In this document: positions 9,247 to 18,225 of the stretch, piece after piece
Position numbering within the stretch: the stretch's first letter is position 1
How the letters are laid out: each line of letters starts with the position of its first letter
Origin: an uncultured virus (IMG/VR IMGVR_UViG_3300042988_001414)
Lineage: Duplodnaviria > Heunggongvirae > Uroviricota > Caudoviricetes
Direction: 5' to 3' (one strand)
DNA: 64,000 nucleotides
Virus record (IMG/VR): IMGVR_UViG_3300042988_001414
Translations under genes and position numbers: made by a program
The notes under the pieces: model-generated
Databases searched by the model: none
Told to the model about the DNA's origin: nothing
The model's input: only the letters and a program-made list of their open reading frames with translations

Positions 9247-10285
9247 GGATGCCACCTCTCTGGACGAAGCAACCAACCCACCGAAGCGTGCGGGCAATCT
9301 CTGCGGCGTATCGATCACCAGCGGCATCGTGGTCGGTGCGCAGCCAAACGATCGTTCCAGGGGGTAGCCGCTGAGCCATCGCGAGCGACCAGCTCCCAGA
9401 CACGATGCCGATGCGCGCTGTAGGTCGCGCCGTCTTGCGCGTCACCCACGTCAGCCAGTCGGGCTCGCCCTCGACGATGACGACTTCCGGCGGGTTCGCA
9501 GTGCCGTTGAGCATGGCGGTGCCGATCGGGCACGCCATCACGAGACCGGTGGCCTTGTGCCCTCCGGGCGGCAAGCGCTTCGGACTGTCACCGTCGATGA
9601 CTCGGCTTGCGCGCACAGACTTCACCGCGCCAGCGCTGTCGCGCATTGGCACGATCAACCGGTGCCCCGTCTCGGTCCACGACGCGCGCTGGTAGCGCGC
9701 CCACCGAGGAAGGCGTGCGCCCTTCGGAAGCACGCGCGCGGCGTCGTCACTCGCGACAAGGTCCGGATCGAGTCCACGACTGGCGAGCCACGCAACGGCC
9801 TCGGCGTCGTCGGACACCGACTTCGCAGCGGCCCACAGTGCGGCGACTTCCGACTCGGGCGGGTACGTTCGTTCTGGTTCCGGTGCCGGCGGTGGCGGCG
9901 GAGCCGGACGTTCCGCCACACGCTCGCCCGAGTCGAGCTCGTGAACGACCAAGTGCAGTCCGCCGATCTCGGCTCCGATGCGAAGCACCGACCGAAAGTC
10001 GGCCCGAAGATTCAGCGCGTGCACCGTCGCGATCAGGGTCAACGCATCACCGCTCGCGCCGCATGCGTGGCACCTCCAGGCGATCGTCCCGTCGGGCCCC
10101 CGTCGAACAGAGCACGATGGCGTGCGTTCTTGATGTGCGGGGCAACGGATGATCACGCCGCCAGCCTGACGCTTGAACGCGCCTGGACCTGTCAGCAGTC
10201 CGAGGCGCTCGCAAAGCAGGTACGCGTCGGTCAGCGCGTAGCGAACCTCGCGAGCGTGATCCGATCGTGACGGCACCGCGCTCAC
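9239..10285 (-). CDS. DNA primase (CHC2 Zn finger + Toprim)
   Basis: CPAHQERTPS...CHACG; VVIVEGEPD; TDHDAAG. Confidence 0.85.
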   Translation of the reverse strand: MSAVPSRSDHAREVRYALTDAYLLCERLGLLTGPGAFKRQAGGVIIRCPAHQERTPSCSVRRGPDGTIAWRCHACGASGDALTLIATVHALNLRADFRSVLRIGAEIGGLHLVVHELDSGERVAERPAPPPPPAPEPERTYPPESEVAALWAAAKSVSDDAEAVAWLASRGLDPDLVASDDAARVLPKGARLPRWARYQRASWTETGHRLIVPMRDSAGAVKSVRASRVIDGDSPKRLPPGGHKATGLVMACPIGTAMLNGTANPPEVVIVEGEPDWLTWVTRKTARPTARIGIVSGSWSLAMAQRLPPGTIVWLRTDHDAAGDRYAAEIARTLRWVGCFVQRGGIRV

Positions 10286-12060
10286 AGGAACTTGCTCCGG
10301 TAGGCGGGATCGTTTTCGAGCTCGGCGAGCTGGGCCATGCGCTGCGCGCGCTGCGCAGGCGTCATCGGCGGATCGCGGGGTGGCTCGGACTTGGTGGGTG
10401 CCGCGGGCGGCGGCGGTTCGTCGACGTCGACGTCGTGCTCACGCTCGTTCAGCCAGTCCAGAAACTTTCGGGGGCTCCAGCCGGAGGTGAACTTCGGTTG
10501 CTCGCGATTCGCGTCGACCCACTCGGCGACGGCTTCTCGCAGCGCAGCGAGTGCTCCGGAGATGGTACCGTCGGCTCGCAGGTGAGTGTTGATCGCCGCC
10601 GCCAGCGCAACTCGAGGCGAGCGCTCGTTGACCACGGCCACCTCGTGGCCAAGCCCGCGAGCTAGCGCGTCGGAGAATGCGTAAACGGCTTCCTCCATGC
10701 CGGGTGTGCCAAGGTCGACAATGCGCTGGCGAGATGGTCCCGTCTCGCGCGGCGCGCCGAGCCCGACAACGAAGTCCAAGCGAGGATCTTTCCCGATCGG
10801 GTCCGGTGCTTCTCGCAGCACGACGATCCGGTGTGCGTCCGGGACTTGGGCGAGCTTGCGGATCGACTTCTCCCTCGGCGACTCCCGATCCAGTTCGATC
10901 GCGACCACGGTCGATCCGTGTCGCGCGACGATGTCGACGAATCCACGGCGGCCGTCGCCACGGTCTGCAACTTCGAACTCGCGCGAGCATTCGAAGCCGT
11001 GGGCGGTGAGGGTCTCGACCGCGGCATCGTTTAGCAGGCCGGCACCGGAGTAGCCTCGGAGCTTGCGCAACGCTGCCACGGCGTCGTCCGCCGATACCCG
11101 CCCCTTGGGCGGGGTAGGGGAGGGATCTCTTAAGGGGATCGGGATCGGGATCGGGGTACAGTTTTGCTTCGATTTTGCTTGAGCAAGTGCTTGAGCACTT
11201 GCTTGAGCAGGTGCTTGAGCACTTGCTTGAGCAGGTGCTTGAGCAAGTGCTACAGCAAGTGCTTGGTCCGTTTTGAAAACAGAAGCGTTTTCGGAAACTT
11301 GCAAGGCTTCCGACCGATCTCCGTCACGCGACCCTGTCTCATGGGTGGCGGTCAGGACGGTGAGTGGTGCTGCCAATCGGAGACCAGTCTGAGACGCCGC
11401 CGCGGTCAAGACAGCAGGACTCGCTACAGTTTTGCTCGCGCCTTGCTTCGATTTTGCTTGAGCAGGTGCTTGAGCACTTGCTTGAGCAGGTGCTTGAGCA
11501 CTTGCTTGAGCACTTGCTTGAGCACTTGCTTGAGCACTTGCTTGAGCACTTGCTTGAGCACTTGCTTGAGCACTTGCTTGAGCACTTGCTTGAGCAAGTG
11601 CTTCCGGGGTGGCTCGTGTTCGCTTTCGAGCGTTGGCCTGTCCACCCCGCCGACCGGCCTCAGTCCGCGCCGCCTTCTGCGCCTCGGCTTCTTCGCGACT
11701 TGGGTTGTACTCGAGGAAGTCGTGGATCCAGAACCCGCCGCGCTCCTCGTCCTCTCGCCAGAGGCCGCACCCAACAAGGGTCTTGGCGATGTTGTCGGCT
11801 TGAGCTTGCCCGAGGTCGTACAGCGCCTTTTGGGCGCTGTCCTTGAAGCCTTTGATGCTGTCGGTAGCCTCGACAAACTCGACGGCGAGATCGCTCAGGT
11901 CCAGAAGGAGTCGGACGCGTGGGTAAGGGATGAAGCCGTCGGTGAGCTTGCGACAACACCAGGTGATGGCGGCTATGTGCAGCGCAAAGCCGAGCACCCC
12001 AGCATTTGCGATCTTCTCGTTGTCGAGAATTTCATCGTCGATCTTCGCCCAGACCATCAA
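10282..12060 (-). CDS. Phage replication initiator with internal AQAS repeats and a PD-(D/E)xK-like segment
   Basis: WAKIDD...TDGFIP...IHDFLEYNPS phage-Rep N-terminus; PIPIPIP linker; FVDIV...AIELD; upstream of primase/DnaB. Confidence 0.75.
   Translation of the reverse strand: MMVWAKIDDEILDNEKIANAGVLGFALHIAAITWCCRKLTDGFIPYPRVRLLLDLSDLAVEFVEATDSIKGFKDSAQKALYDLGQAQADNIAKTLVGCGLWREDEERGGFWIHDFLEYNPSREEAEAQKAARTEAGRRGGQANARKRTRATPEALAQASAQASAQASAQASAQASAQASAQASAQASAQAPAQASAQAPAQAKSKQGASKTVASPAVLTAAASQTGLRLAAPLTVLTATHETGSRDGDRSEALQVSENASVFKTDQALAVALAQAPAQASAQAPAQASAQALAQAKSKQNCTPIPIPIPLRDPSPTPPKGRVSADDAVAALRKLRGYSGAGLLNDAAVETLTAHGFECSREFEVADRGDGRRGFVDIVARHGSTVVAIELDRESPREKSIRKLAQVPDAHRIVVLREAPDPIGKDPRLDFVVGLGAPRETGPSRQRIVDLGTPGMEEAVYAFSDALARGLGHEVAVVNERSPRVALAAAINTHLRADGTISGALAALREAVAEWVDANREQPKFTSGWSPRKFLDWLNEREHDVDVDEPPPPAAPTKSEPPRDPPMTPAQRAQRMAQLAELENDPAYRSKFL
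11164..11264. repeat. 12-bp tandem repeat block 1 (TGCTTGAGCACT-type), candidate origin iterons
   Basis: About 7 near-identical 12-mers, AT-richer than the background, inside the rep gene. Confidence 0.85.
11443..11602. repeat. 12-bp tandem repeat block 2, candidate origin iterons
   Basis: About 12 copies of GCTTGAGCACTT; same TTGCTTCGATTT lead-in as block 1. Confidence 0.9.
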
Positions 12061-12878
12061 CCACCTCCGTGTCGAGTTGCGAGCACGTCGAAGAGTGCAT
12101 GCTGCCGCGCGCGCGCCGCTTGGACGGTCGACCCGGCCTCTTCGGCGCGGAGCCGCTCGCAGGCGAGCTCGAAGTACCGCTCGTCCCTCTCGACGCCGAT
12201 GAAGCGCCGCCCGAGCCGAAGACAGGCCACGCCTGTCGTCCCGCTACCGGCGAACGGGTCGAGGATCGCTTCACCGTGCTGAGAGAAGTCGGAGACGAGC
12301 TGCAACATGAGCGCAACCGGCTTGGACGTCGGATGCTCGTTCTTCCCGCCGCCGCCAGCGTTGTGGTCCAGCGGAACCGTCCACACCGCGTGCTTCCCGC
12401 CGCCGTTCCAGCGCTTCCGGCCTTTCGGGTGAACGATGGCCAACGACTCGAAGCCCTGACCAGGACGATCGCCGGTCATCTGCGGCATGCCGTTGGGCTT
12501 GATCCAGACGCCAGCTCGGATCCACTGGAGGCCAGCTTCTTCGAACGCCTGGCGCCACAAGCCGATCGCTTCGACCTGACAGAACGTGAGTGTCCATCGG
12601 CGAACGATGCGGGCTTCGAGCCGCGAGACATCGGACCTCAACGCTGAAGTCATGTGCGTGAAGTTGATGAGCAGCGGTCGGTCGATGCGCCGGACCTCTC
12701 CGGTGTTTCGAGCTCCGCGCTTCTGCGTTGCGTCCTTCAGAGACCGACGCGCCTTGGTATGCGCCTCCACCTCGTACGGCGGATCCTGAATGCACACGTC
12801 GACGGGCTCGAGTTTCGGCAAGACGTCGACGCAGTCGGCCAAGTGCATCGGCCAGCCCGCCCCGCACTCGGTCCTCAT
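12057..12878 (-). CDS. DNA methyltransferase (N6-A/N4-C, beta class)
   Basis: QDPPY, HPTSKP, ILDPFAGSGTTG, FIGVE. Confidence 0.92.
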   Translation of the reverse strand: MRTECGAGWPMHLADCVDVLPKLEPVDVCIQDPPYEVEAHTKARRSLKDATQKRGARNTGEVRRIDRPLLINFTHMTSALRSDVSRLEARIVRRWTLTFCQVEAIGLWRQAFEEAGLQWIRAGVWIKPNGMPQMTGDRPGQGFESLAIVHPKGRKRWNGGGKHAVWTVPLDHNAGGGGKNEHPTSKPVALMLQLVSDFSQHGEAILDPFAGSGTTGVACLRLGRRFIGVERDERYFELACERLRAEEAGSTVQAARARQHALFDVLATRHGGG

Positions 12879-13663
12879 GCGTCACGTCCTCGGATCGGGA
12901 TGACCGCGGCAAACCTGGACGGCATCCGAAGCTGAATCGGTGTGCGTCGGAAGTGCGCACGCATCTCTGATTCGTATTCGCGCCACGACGTCGCGCGACG
13001 GGCAATGAAGAGAGTGAGGACCATGTCCTCTCTCCGAATGAGCCGCAGCCTGTCATCACGGATCCACTGTCCGTGGAGGCTCCCGTCCCTTGGCTCCGGA
13101 TTACGGGCCTTCAGCTCGTCGTAGACGGCATCGCCAAGGATGATGCGCCACGTCCTACCGTAGGCGAGGGCGAGTCCCCTTGGCTCAGGACCGTGGCCTG
13201 GACCTGGCGTCCATCCCTTCACCTTCCGGAGTCTGGCGAGCTCCAGCTTCAGCTCCGTATCCCAGGCCGACTCGTAGTCAGCGGAGTTGAGGCGCTGAAT
13301 GCGGAGGGCAAGGTGGACGGCCTCCGGATCGCGAACCGTCAACTGCCCAGTGGCGAAGGCGCGGTAGACGTCGTTGACTCGCGCGTGGAACGCGTGATCG
13401 ATCCACTTGGCGTAGGCCAGCGCGAGCTGCCAGTGCGTCCACGTCTCTCCGCCGCCACCCGCGATTTTGCGGGTTTTCTTGATATGGGCAGGGCCCACAT
13501 CAAGGGAATCAGACAGAAATTGAGCGAATGTCGCCCCCTCAAATCGAAGGAACTCCGCAGGCCGCTTGTCCTTCGGCGCGCCCGCCGCGCGCCACAGATC
13601 GGTGATGCACCACATGTCGCCGTCGCGGCGAACAGAGTGCGGACCAATCACAAGCGCGCTCAT
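12875..13663 (-). CDS. KilA-N domain protein (antirepressor-like)
   Basis: CITDLWRAAG...P.EFLR...GGGETWTHWQLALAYAKW. Confidence 0.85.
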   Translation of the reverse strand: MSALVIGPHSVRRDGDMWCITDLWRAAGAPKDKRPAEFLRFEGATFAQFLSDSLDVGPAHIKKTRKIAGGGGETWTHWQLALAYAKWIDHAFHARVNDVYRAFATGQLTVRDPEAVHLALRIQRLNSADYESAWDTELKLELARLRKVKGWTPGPGHGPEPRGLALAYGRTWRIILGDAVYDELKARNPEPRDGSLHGQWIRDDRLRLIRREDMVLTLFIARRATSWREYESEMRAHFRRTPIQLRMPSRFAAVIPIRGRDA

Positions 13664-14247
13664 TCGTCACCGTCCAGGTCGTCGTCCTCGTCATCGTCGG
13701 AGTCCTGTTCGCCGCTCTGAGCCGCCGCGAGCAGCGCCGCCGGGTCGGTGACGGCCTCGGCATCGCTGTCGTCGATGTCATCAGGGTCCGCGTCGGGTGC
13801 GGCCTTCACGTCGAGTGGTAGCTCCGTCTGTCGTTCTTCCATCGTCAGCGCCCGCTCAGAGACGACCGCCATCGTGACCGGATCGAGGTAGCTCACCTTC
13901 CCAAGGCGATAGTGCGTCTCCATGATCCATTCGCCCTTGCGACGCTGAGAGCCAGACCGCACGGCGGCGTTCCGTTCGCGCACGCGCTGGTCGATCGCGT
14001 CGATGAGAGACTTCTTCGCCTTCACTACGGCCTTCAGGTCGTCGAGCTCCGTGACGAGGGCGAGCCTGTCTTCGTCGTCGGCCGCGTTCTCGCGGGCGAT
14101 CCGAACGAGATCTTGTTCCGTCAGCGTGACGTCGATCGCGTCCTCGACGGTCTCGCGCTCGACATCAGGCTGGGCTTCTGAGCTCGCCGCGATGACGTCG
14201 GACCACGAAGTCTGGGTGCCGTTGGACTCGGTGTTGATCGCTTGCAT
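13660..14247 (-). CDS. Hypothetical acidic coiled-coil protein
   Basis: AAGGAG RBS; ERALTMEERQTELPL; acidic tail. Confidence 0.65.
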   Translation of the reverse strand: MQAINTESNGTQTSWSDVIAASSEAQPDVERETVEDAIDVTLTEQDLVRIARENAADDEDRLALVTELDDLKAVVKAKKSLIDAIDQRVRERNAAVRSGSQRRKGEWIMETHYRLGKVSYLDPVTMAVVSERALTMEERQTELPLDVKAAPDADPDDIDDSDAEAVTDPAALLAAAQSGEQDSDDDEDDDLDGDE

Positions 14248-14306
14248 GTCGCGTCTCCTTGCTGCCGCACGTGCGGCCGATTCGTTGTTGCGTGTCGCGT
14301 CCGACC

Positions 14307-14540
14307 TCATTGCCGGCCATCGATTGGTGTGACCGGAAAGCCGCCGCACTTGGCCGCGATGCCTCCGATCTCGCGTCGAAGAAGCTCCGCGTTCATCTCA
14401 GTCAGCGCTGGCCCGAAGAGCCAGAGCATGCCTGGCGCGGCGAGCAGCGCCCGCACGCACGCGCGGAGCGTCGACGTGGGGATGTGCCGATAGCGCGCGT
14501 GTGAGCGGCTCACATCTCCCCCGGTCTGCTGAAATCGCAC
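14307..14540 (-). CDS. Hypothetical protein
   Basis: ORF track. Confidence 0.35.
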   Translation of the reverse strand: MRFQQTGGDVSRSHARYRHIPTSTLRACVRALLAAPGMLWLFGPALTEMNAELLRREIGGIAAKCGGFPVTPIDGRQ

Positions 14541-14917
14541 GGGCCCTTGTGACCCAGATCCAACAGGCAGCGCCCGCCATCGCCCGAGACATGTTCCGTG
14601 CGACAGCGCGGAGGGTTCGCAGCATTGGCTTGCTGCGCGGCCGACTTCGCTTCCCGTGCACGCGCGGCGCCGAGAAGTCCGTAGCCTGCGATGTCCCCGA
14701 AGGGGGACTCGCCGAGAGCATCGCGATCAGTTGCTGTCCGAAACAGCTTGTCGAGGATGCGCACGACGGCCAGTGCATCGACGTACTGATCGGGCGTAAT
14801 CCCGTTCGGGTACAGGATCCGAAGGACGTCTCCGGCCTTGTCGAACGACGCGCCATACGCCGCATTTTTCAGGTCAACAAGACGACCGATCTCAGTTCCG
14901 AGTTCTTCGTATTTCAT
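14510..14917 (-). CDS. Nucleotide-modification-associated (Nmad1/DUF1599-like) protein
   Basis: KNAAYGASF...RILDKLFR...ESPFGDIAGYGLL. Confidence 0.7.
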   Translation of the reverse strand: MKYEELGTEIGRLVDLKNAAYGASFDKAGDVLRILYPNGITPDQYVDALAVVRILDKLFRTATDRDALGESPFGDIAGYGLLGAARAREAKSAAQQANAANPPRCRTEHVSGDGGRCLLDLGHKGPCDFSRPGEM

Positions 14918-15026
14918 CGAGCACGCCTCCATTCGCATCGCTCGGCGAGCGCCGGAGCGAGCAACAACAGTCCGATCGCCAGCCAGACCGCATCGGGCAA
15001 GCGATCGATCCACTCGCACGTCGCGA

Positions 15027-15521
15027 TCATGCGGTCCGCCTCAGCGACGTCGGTGTGGTGGGTCGTGTCTTGGCGAGCGGACGCGGAGCGGCAAGGGCCG
15101 CGCGGTCCGATCCGATGAGCACTCGGATCCCGCGAGCCTCGTGGCGATCGCGAGCGATGTAGCCCTTCGTCTCGATGCGATCGAGATGATCGACAACGGC
15201 CTTCAGCGAGGTCATGTCGAGCATGCGAGCCAGTTCACGAAGGGTCGGAGGGAATCCATAAGTGCGGAGAAATTGCTCGACACACCGGACCACCTGCACC
15301 TGTCGCAGCGTCAGCGGCGACGCTGAACACGCAGGCATGTCGGACCTATTTGGTGCCTGGTTTTCCGAGTCGGCGTCGTGTTGTTCAGCATCGGACAGCG
15401 AGGACATGTTCAGTCTCCAGTCGTGCGTGGAAAAAGTTGCAGGCTGCATCGTTGTGACCCTGGTACGGATGATCGGTGGTTGCGCACTATCCCCATCCGG
15501 CCCATCTTCCGGGCATGGCAT
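15027..15521 (-). CDS. LexA DNA-binding-domain-only protein (true start uncertain)
   Basis: LTLRQ...GFPPTLRELARMLDMTSLKAVVDHLDRIETKGYIAR...RGIRV; no S24 peptidase domain. Confidence 0.85.
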   Translation of the reverse strand: MPCPEDGPDGDSAQPPIIRTRVTTMQPATFSTHDWRLNMSSLSDAEQHDADSENQAPNRSDMPACSASPLTLRQVQVVRCVEQFLRTYGFPPTLRELARMLDMTSLKAVVDHLDRIETKGYIARDRHEARGIRVLIGSDRAALAAPRPLAKTRPTTPTSLRRTA

Positions 15522-15562
15522 CCAGGGGGACGGGAGCCGCGACAGAACCGCGGCGCGTGCGG

Positions 15563-15871
15563 TCAGACAGCCGAGTCGGGCGAGTCCAACGCGTCTGGCG
15601 CGTCGGTGACAACGTCATCGACGGCATCGCTCGCAGCGGGCTCACTTCCGTCAGCATCGGTTGGCGCGTCGATCGTCCAGTCCCGCATCGGCACGCCGAT
15701 CAGGTCCTCGATGCGGGCCATGCGCGTCGGTGTTGGGATCGCGCGGCCAGCGCACCACGCCGAGATGGCTTGCTGGGAGACCCCCAGTTCACGCGCGAGT
15801 CGCGCCTGATTGATGGTCGGCGTCAGCCGCCGCTTGAGATCAACCGCTGCCTTCGATCGAGTGCCGCTCAT
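15563..15871 (-). CDS. Cro-like XRE HTH regulator
   Basis: NQARLARELGVSQQAISAWCAGRAIP; divergent from the CI-like gene. Confidence 0.85.
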   Translation of the reverse strand: MSGTRSKAAVDLKRRLTPTINQARLARELGVSQQAISAWCAGRAIPTPTRMARIEDLIGVPMRDWTIDAPTDADGSEPAASDAVDDVVTDAPDALDSPDSAV

Positions 15872-15947
15872 ACCCGAGTGCTATACCATGCGTTGTAATG
15901 ATGCAACCATGCTTGGAGACGCGGCGGCACAACACTATGTTGTGCGG
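15872..15947. promoter_or_regulatory. Divergent immunity control region with operator-like palindrome
   Basis: AT-richer spacer between two HTH genes; GCACAACA-CTA-TGTTGTGC at 15927-15945. Confidence 0.6.
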
Positions 15948-16439
15948 GTGGGAAGAACCCAGCTCCCTCCGCATGTTTCCGAGGCTCTTCGGCTCGAAGT
16001 CGAGGCTCAGATCGCGGCTGGAATCTTCAATCAGTCGACGCTGGCGAAGGCTGCCAAGGTCTCGCAGCCCGCGGTCTACAAGATCACGGCGCGCGGAGAG
16101 GGCGGGATCGAGGTCGGCGAGAAGATCCTGAAGGCGCTTGGGTACGCGACCTTCGACGAGCTCATCAAAAAACACCAGACCCGTGCGACCGCGAACGACG
16201 TCGCCATCTACCTGCAAAAATACCCGCGGCTCGCCGAGACCCTCCGGGAGGAGGCGACCCGTTGGAGCATCGAGACGCTCCAACGACTCATCATCGACCT
16301 CCGCCGCGCGCCACGCTTGCACGGCGGCGATGGCGAGCCGCTTCACGGGACGTGGGCCGAGTGGCTTGATGAGGTCGAGCGCGGAGACGAGCCGAAGGTC
16401 CTTCGGGCCGTGCGGAAATTCGAACGACCCGCGAAGTGA
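15948..16439 (+). CDS. CI/ImmR-like repressor (start uncertain)
   Basis: NQSTLAKAAKVSQPAVYKI HTH; followed by an ImmA-like peptidase. Confidence 0.7.
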   Translation: MGRTQLPPHVSEALRLEVEAQIAAGIFNQSTLAKAAKVSQPAVYKITARGEGGIEVGEKILKALGYATFDELIKKHQTRATANDVAIYLQKYPRLAETLREEATRWSIETLQRLIIDLRRAPRLHGGDGEPLHGTWAEWLDEVERGDEPKVLRAVRKFERPAK

Positions 16440-16448
16440 CAACGCCGG

Positions 16449-17111
16449 TTGTCTCTTTACAGCTGCCCCGATAATGGTCTCCATGTTGGGGTGCGCCAAC
16501 TGGAAGTATTTGCGGAGCGCGTGCGGCGAGAGGCGGGGGTGGGGGGCGAAGAGGTGGTGGACGCTGCGGAGCTCGCCACGCGTCTACTGGGCGATGGCAG
16601 CGTCGTGATCGTCGACAAGCTGGCGTGCGGCGCTCGGCTGCGCTGGACGCCGACGGGCTACCGGATCGAGATTCGAGAGGGCTTGGCCGACATGAATTTC
16701 GCGTGTGCTCACGAGGTGGCCCACTGGGCGTTCCGTCGGTACGAGCATGACTGCGGGCCGCATGAGGAACGCATGGCGAACTACGTGGGCGCAGCCCTGC
16801 TTTTCCCACGCGCGCTCGTCCGATCGGCGGTGTCGTTCTACGGGCGCGGACTGGACGCGCTCGAGCCTGTCGCCGATCGATTGATGCTGTCCAAGACGGC
16901 CGTGAACCTCCGACTCGGAGAGGTGCTCAAGGACGAGCGGGTGGTCGTCACGCGAACGGGCCACGTCCTCCGGAGCGATGAGGCTGCATTCCAGGAGCCG
17001 GACAAGATCGTCGTCCGCGTTGCACGCGACGATCGCGCTCGGACCGGGCTGTCGAAGGCCCCCCTGTTCGGAGGCATCGACGAGGGCCGGGTCGCGCTTC
17101 ACCGCCGCTGA
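16449..17111 (+). CDS. ImmA/IrrE-family Zn metallopeptidase
   Basis: FACAHEVAHW (HExxH), EERMANYVGAALLFP. Confidence 0.85.
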   Translation: MSLYSCPDNGLHVGVRQLEVFAERVRREAGVGGEEVVDAAELATRLLGDGSVVIVDKLACGARLRWTPTGYRIEIREGLADMNFACAHEVAHWAFRRYEHDCGPHEERMANYVGAALLFPRALVRSAVSFYGRGLDALEPVADRLMLSKTAVNLRLGEVLKDERVVVTRTGHVLRSDEAAFQEPDKIVVRVARDDRARTGLSKAPLFGGIDEGRVALHRR

Positions 17112-17296
17112 CACGCCACCGCGCGCGTCGTTCAGTGCTAGATGGTTGATGAATCCCGCCGCACGTCCTCCCACGAGGAAGGGTATCCCGGTTCAGAGAT
17201 GGCCGGGACAATGTGCCTGACCCCCGCAGAGCTTAGGCTCGCGGGGGTCCTCCTTTGTCTACGGTGGCCAGCGAGCTGACAAGTCGGCCCAAACAG

Positions 17297-17632
17297 CTAC
17301 CGCCCGCCCCTCCGCGCCCGCTCGGTGGCACGCTGGACGGCGGCCCGCACGTCCGCGTGCGGGTCATCCACCGTGTGGCGGGGCGCGACGGGGCGTGATG
17401 TGATCCAGCGATCCAGCTCGCCACGGCTCACCACCGGGCGACGGCCCGCATGCGCGATCGTGAGCTCGCCCCGGCGGCCCGCATCACGCAGCGCACGAGG
17501 GCTCGTGCCCGCAAGCCCCGCGGCGCGGTCAAGGGTCAGCCACTCATCACGGTCGATCGCGAGCGCCTCACGCAGCGCGGCTCGCACTTCGGGATCGCGG
17601 AGGACCTCGACCAGAATCTGGGCAAGCGTCAT
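17297..17632 (-). CDS. Excisionase-like (HTH_17) DNA-binding protein
   Basis: WLTLDRAAGLAGTSPRALRDAGRRGEL...VSRGELDRWI. Confidence 0.75.
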   Translation of the reverse strand: MTLAQILVEVLRDPEVRAALREALAIDRDEWLTLDRAAGLAGTSPRALRDAGRRGELTIAHAGRRPVVSRGELDRWITSRPVAPRHTVDDPHADVRAAVQRATERARRGGR

Positions 17633-17641
17633 CGGCGGACC

Positions 17642-18142
17642 TCACTCACGAAGATCGTCGCGGTCGCACCAGCCCTCGATGCCGCGATCGGTGCGGACCT
17701 TGATGCTCAGGAATCCGGGCTCCACGATCGTGACCTCGGTGCCGTCATCGACTCCGACGCCGTGCGCGAGTCGATGACGGGCGAAGGCCCGGGCGTCCTT
17801 CCGGGCGGCGATGCGAGCGGCCTCTCGGTCCGCCTCCGCGGTGTCGTAGAGCCAGACGCTGTCGCCTGAGATGCGGACGCGCTTGCCCCGGTAGAACCCC
17901 GTGCGCGCCGCCGCCGTCGCAGATGGCGCCGGGACGGGGGCAGTGGACGCCACCGGCGCCGCCGACGGCTTTGCAGGGGCCGCCACGGGCGTCGGGCGAG
18001 CCGCCTCTTGCGCCCTTCCGAGCAGCGCCACCCCGACGAAGAAGAGCAGCAACACGACGCCACCGGCCACGCCAAGAGCGACCGGAACGAGGGGGAAGGT
18101 CGATTTTGTCTGCGGCTGAAAATGCCCTGGAGATCGGTGCAT
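17642..18142 (-). CDS. Membrane-anchored protein with SH3-like C-terminus
   Basis: N-terminal TM helix, Pro/Ala linker, GTEVTIVE...IKVRT..GIEGW. Confidence 0.6.
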   Translation of the reverse strand: MHRSPGHFQPQTKSTFPLVPVALGVAGGVVLLLFFVGVALLGRAQEAARPTPVAAPAKPSAAPVASTAPVPAPSATAAARTGFYRGKRVRISGDSVWLYDTAEADREAARIAARKDARAFARHRLAHGVGVDDGTEVTIVEPGFLSIKVRTDRGIEGWCDRDDLRE

Positions 18143-18190
18143 TGGACGCCTTCGAGCGAACCACCGCCCGTGAAGTCGCGCAAGCCGCGC

Positions 18191-18218
18191 TTGACTATTA
18201 CTACGCGCGTTATACTAT
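18191..18218 (+). promoter_or_regulatory. Sigma70-type early promoter, probably giving a leaderless mRNA
   Basis: TTGACT-16 bp-TACTAT; ATG at 18226 sits at about +1. Confidence 0.6.
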
Positions 18219-18225
18219 GGGTGTC

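Noticed and set aside
11164..12282. 372-aa plus-strand (CLST)n ORF and other long shadow ORFs (e.g. 17707-19095, 42254-43393, 58516-59682)
   Set aside because: Antisense or alternate-frame shadows of well-supported genes, expected in high-GC DNA
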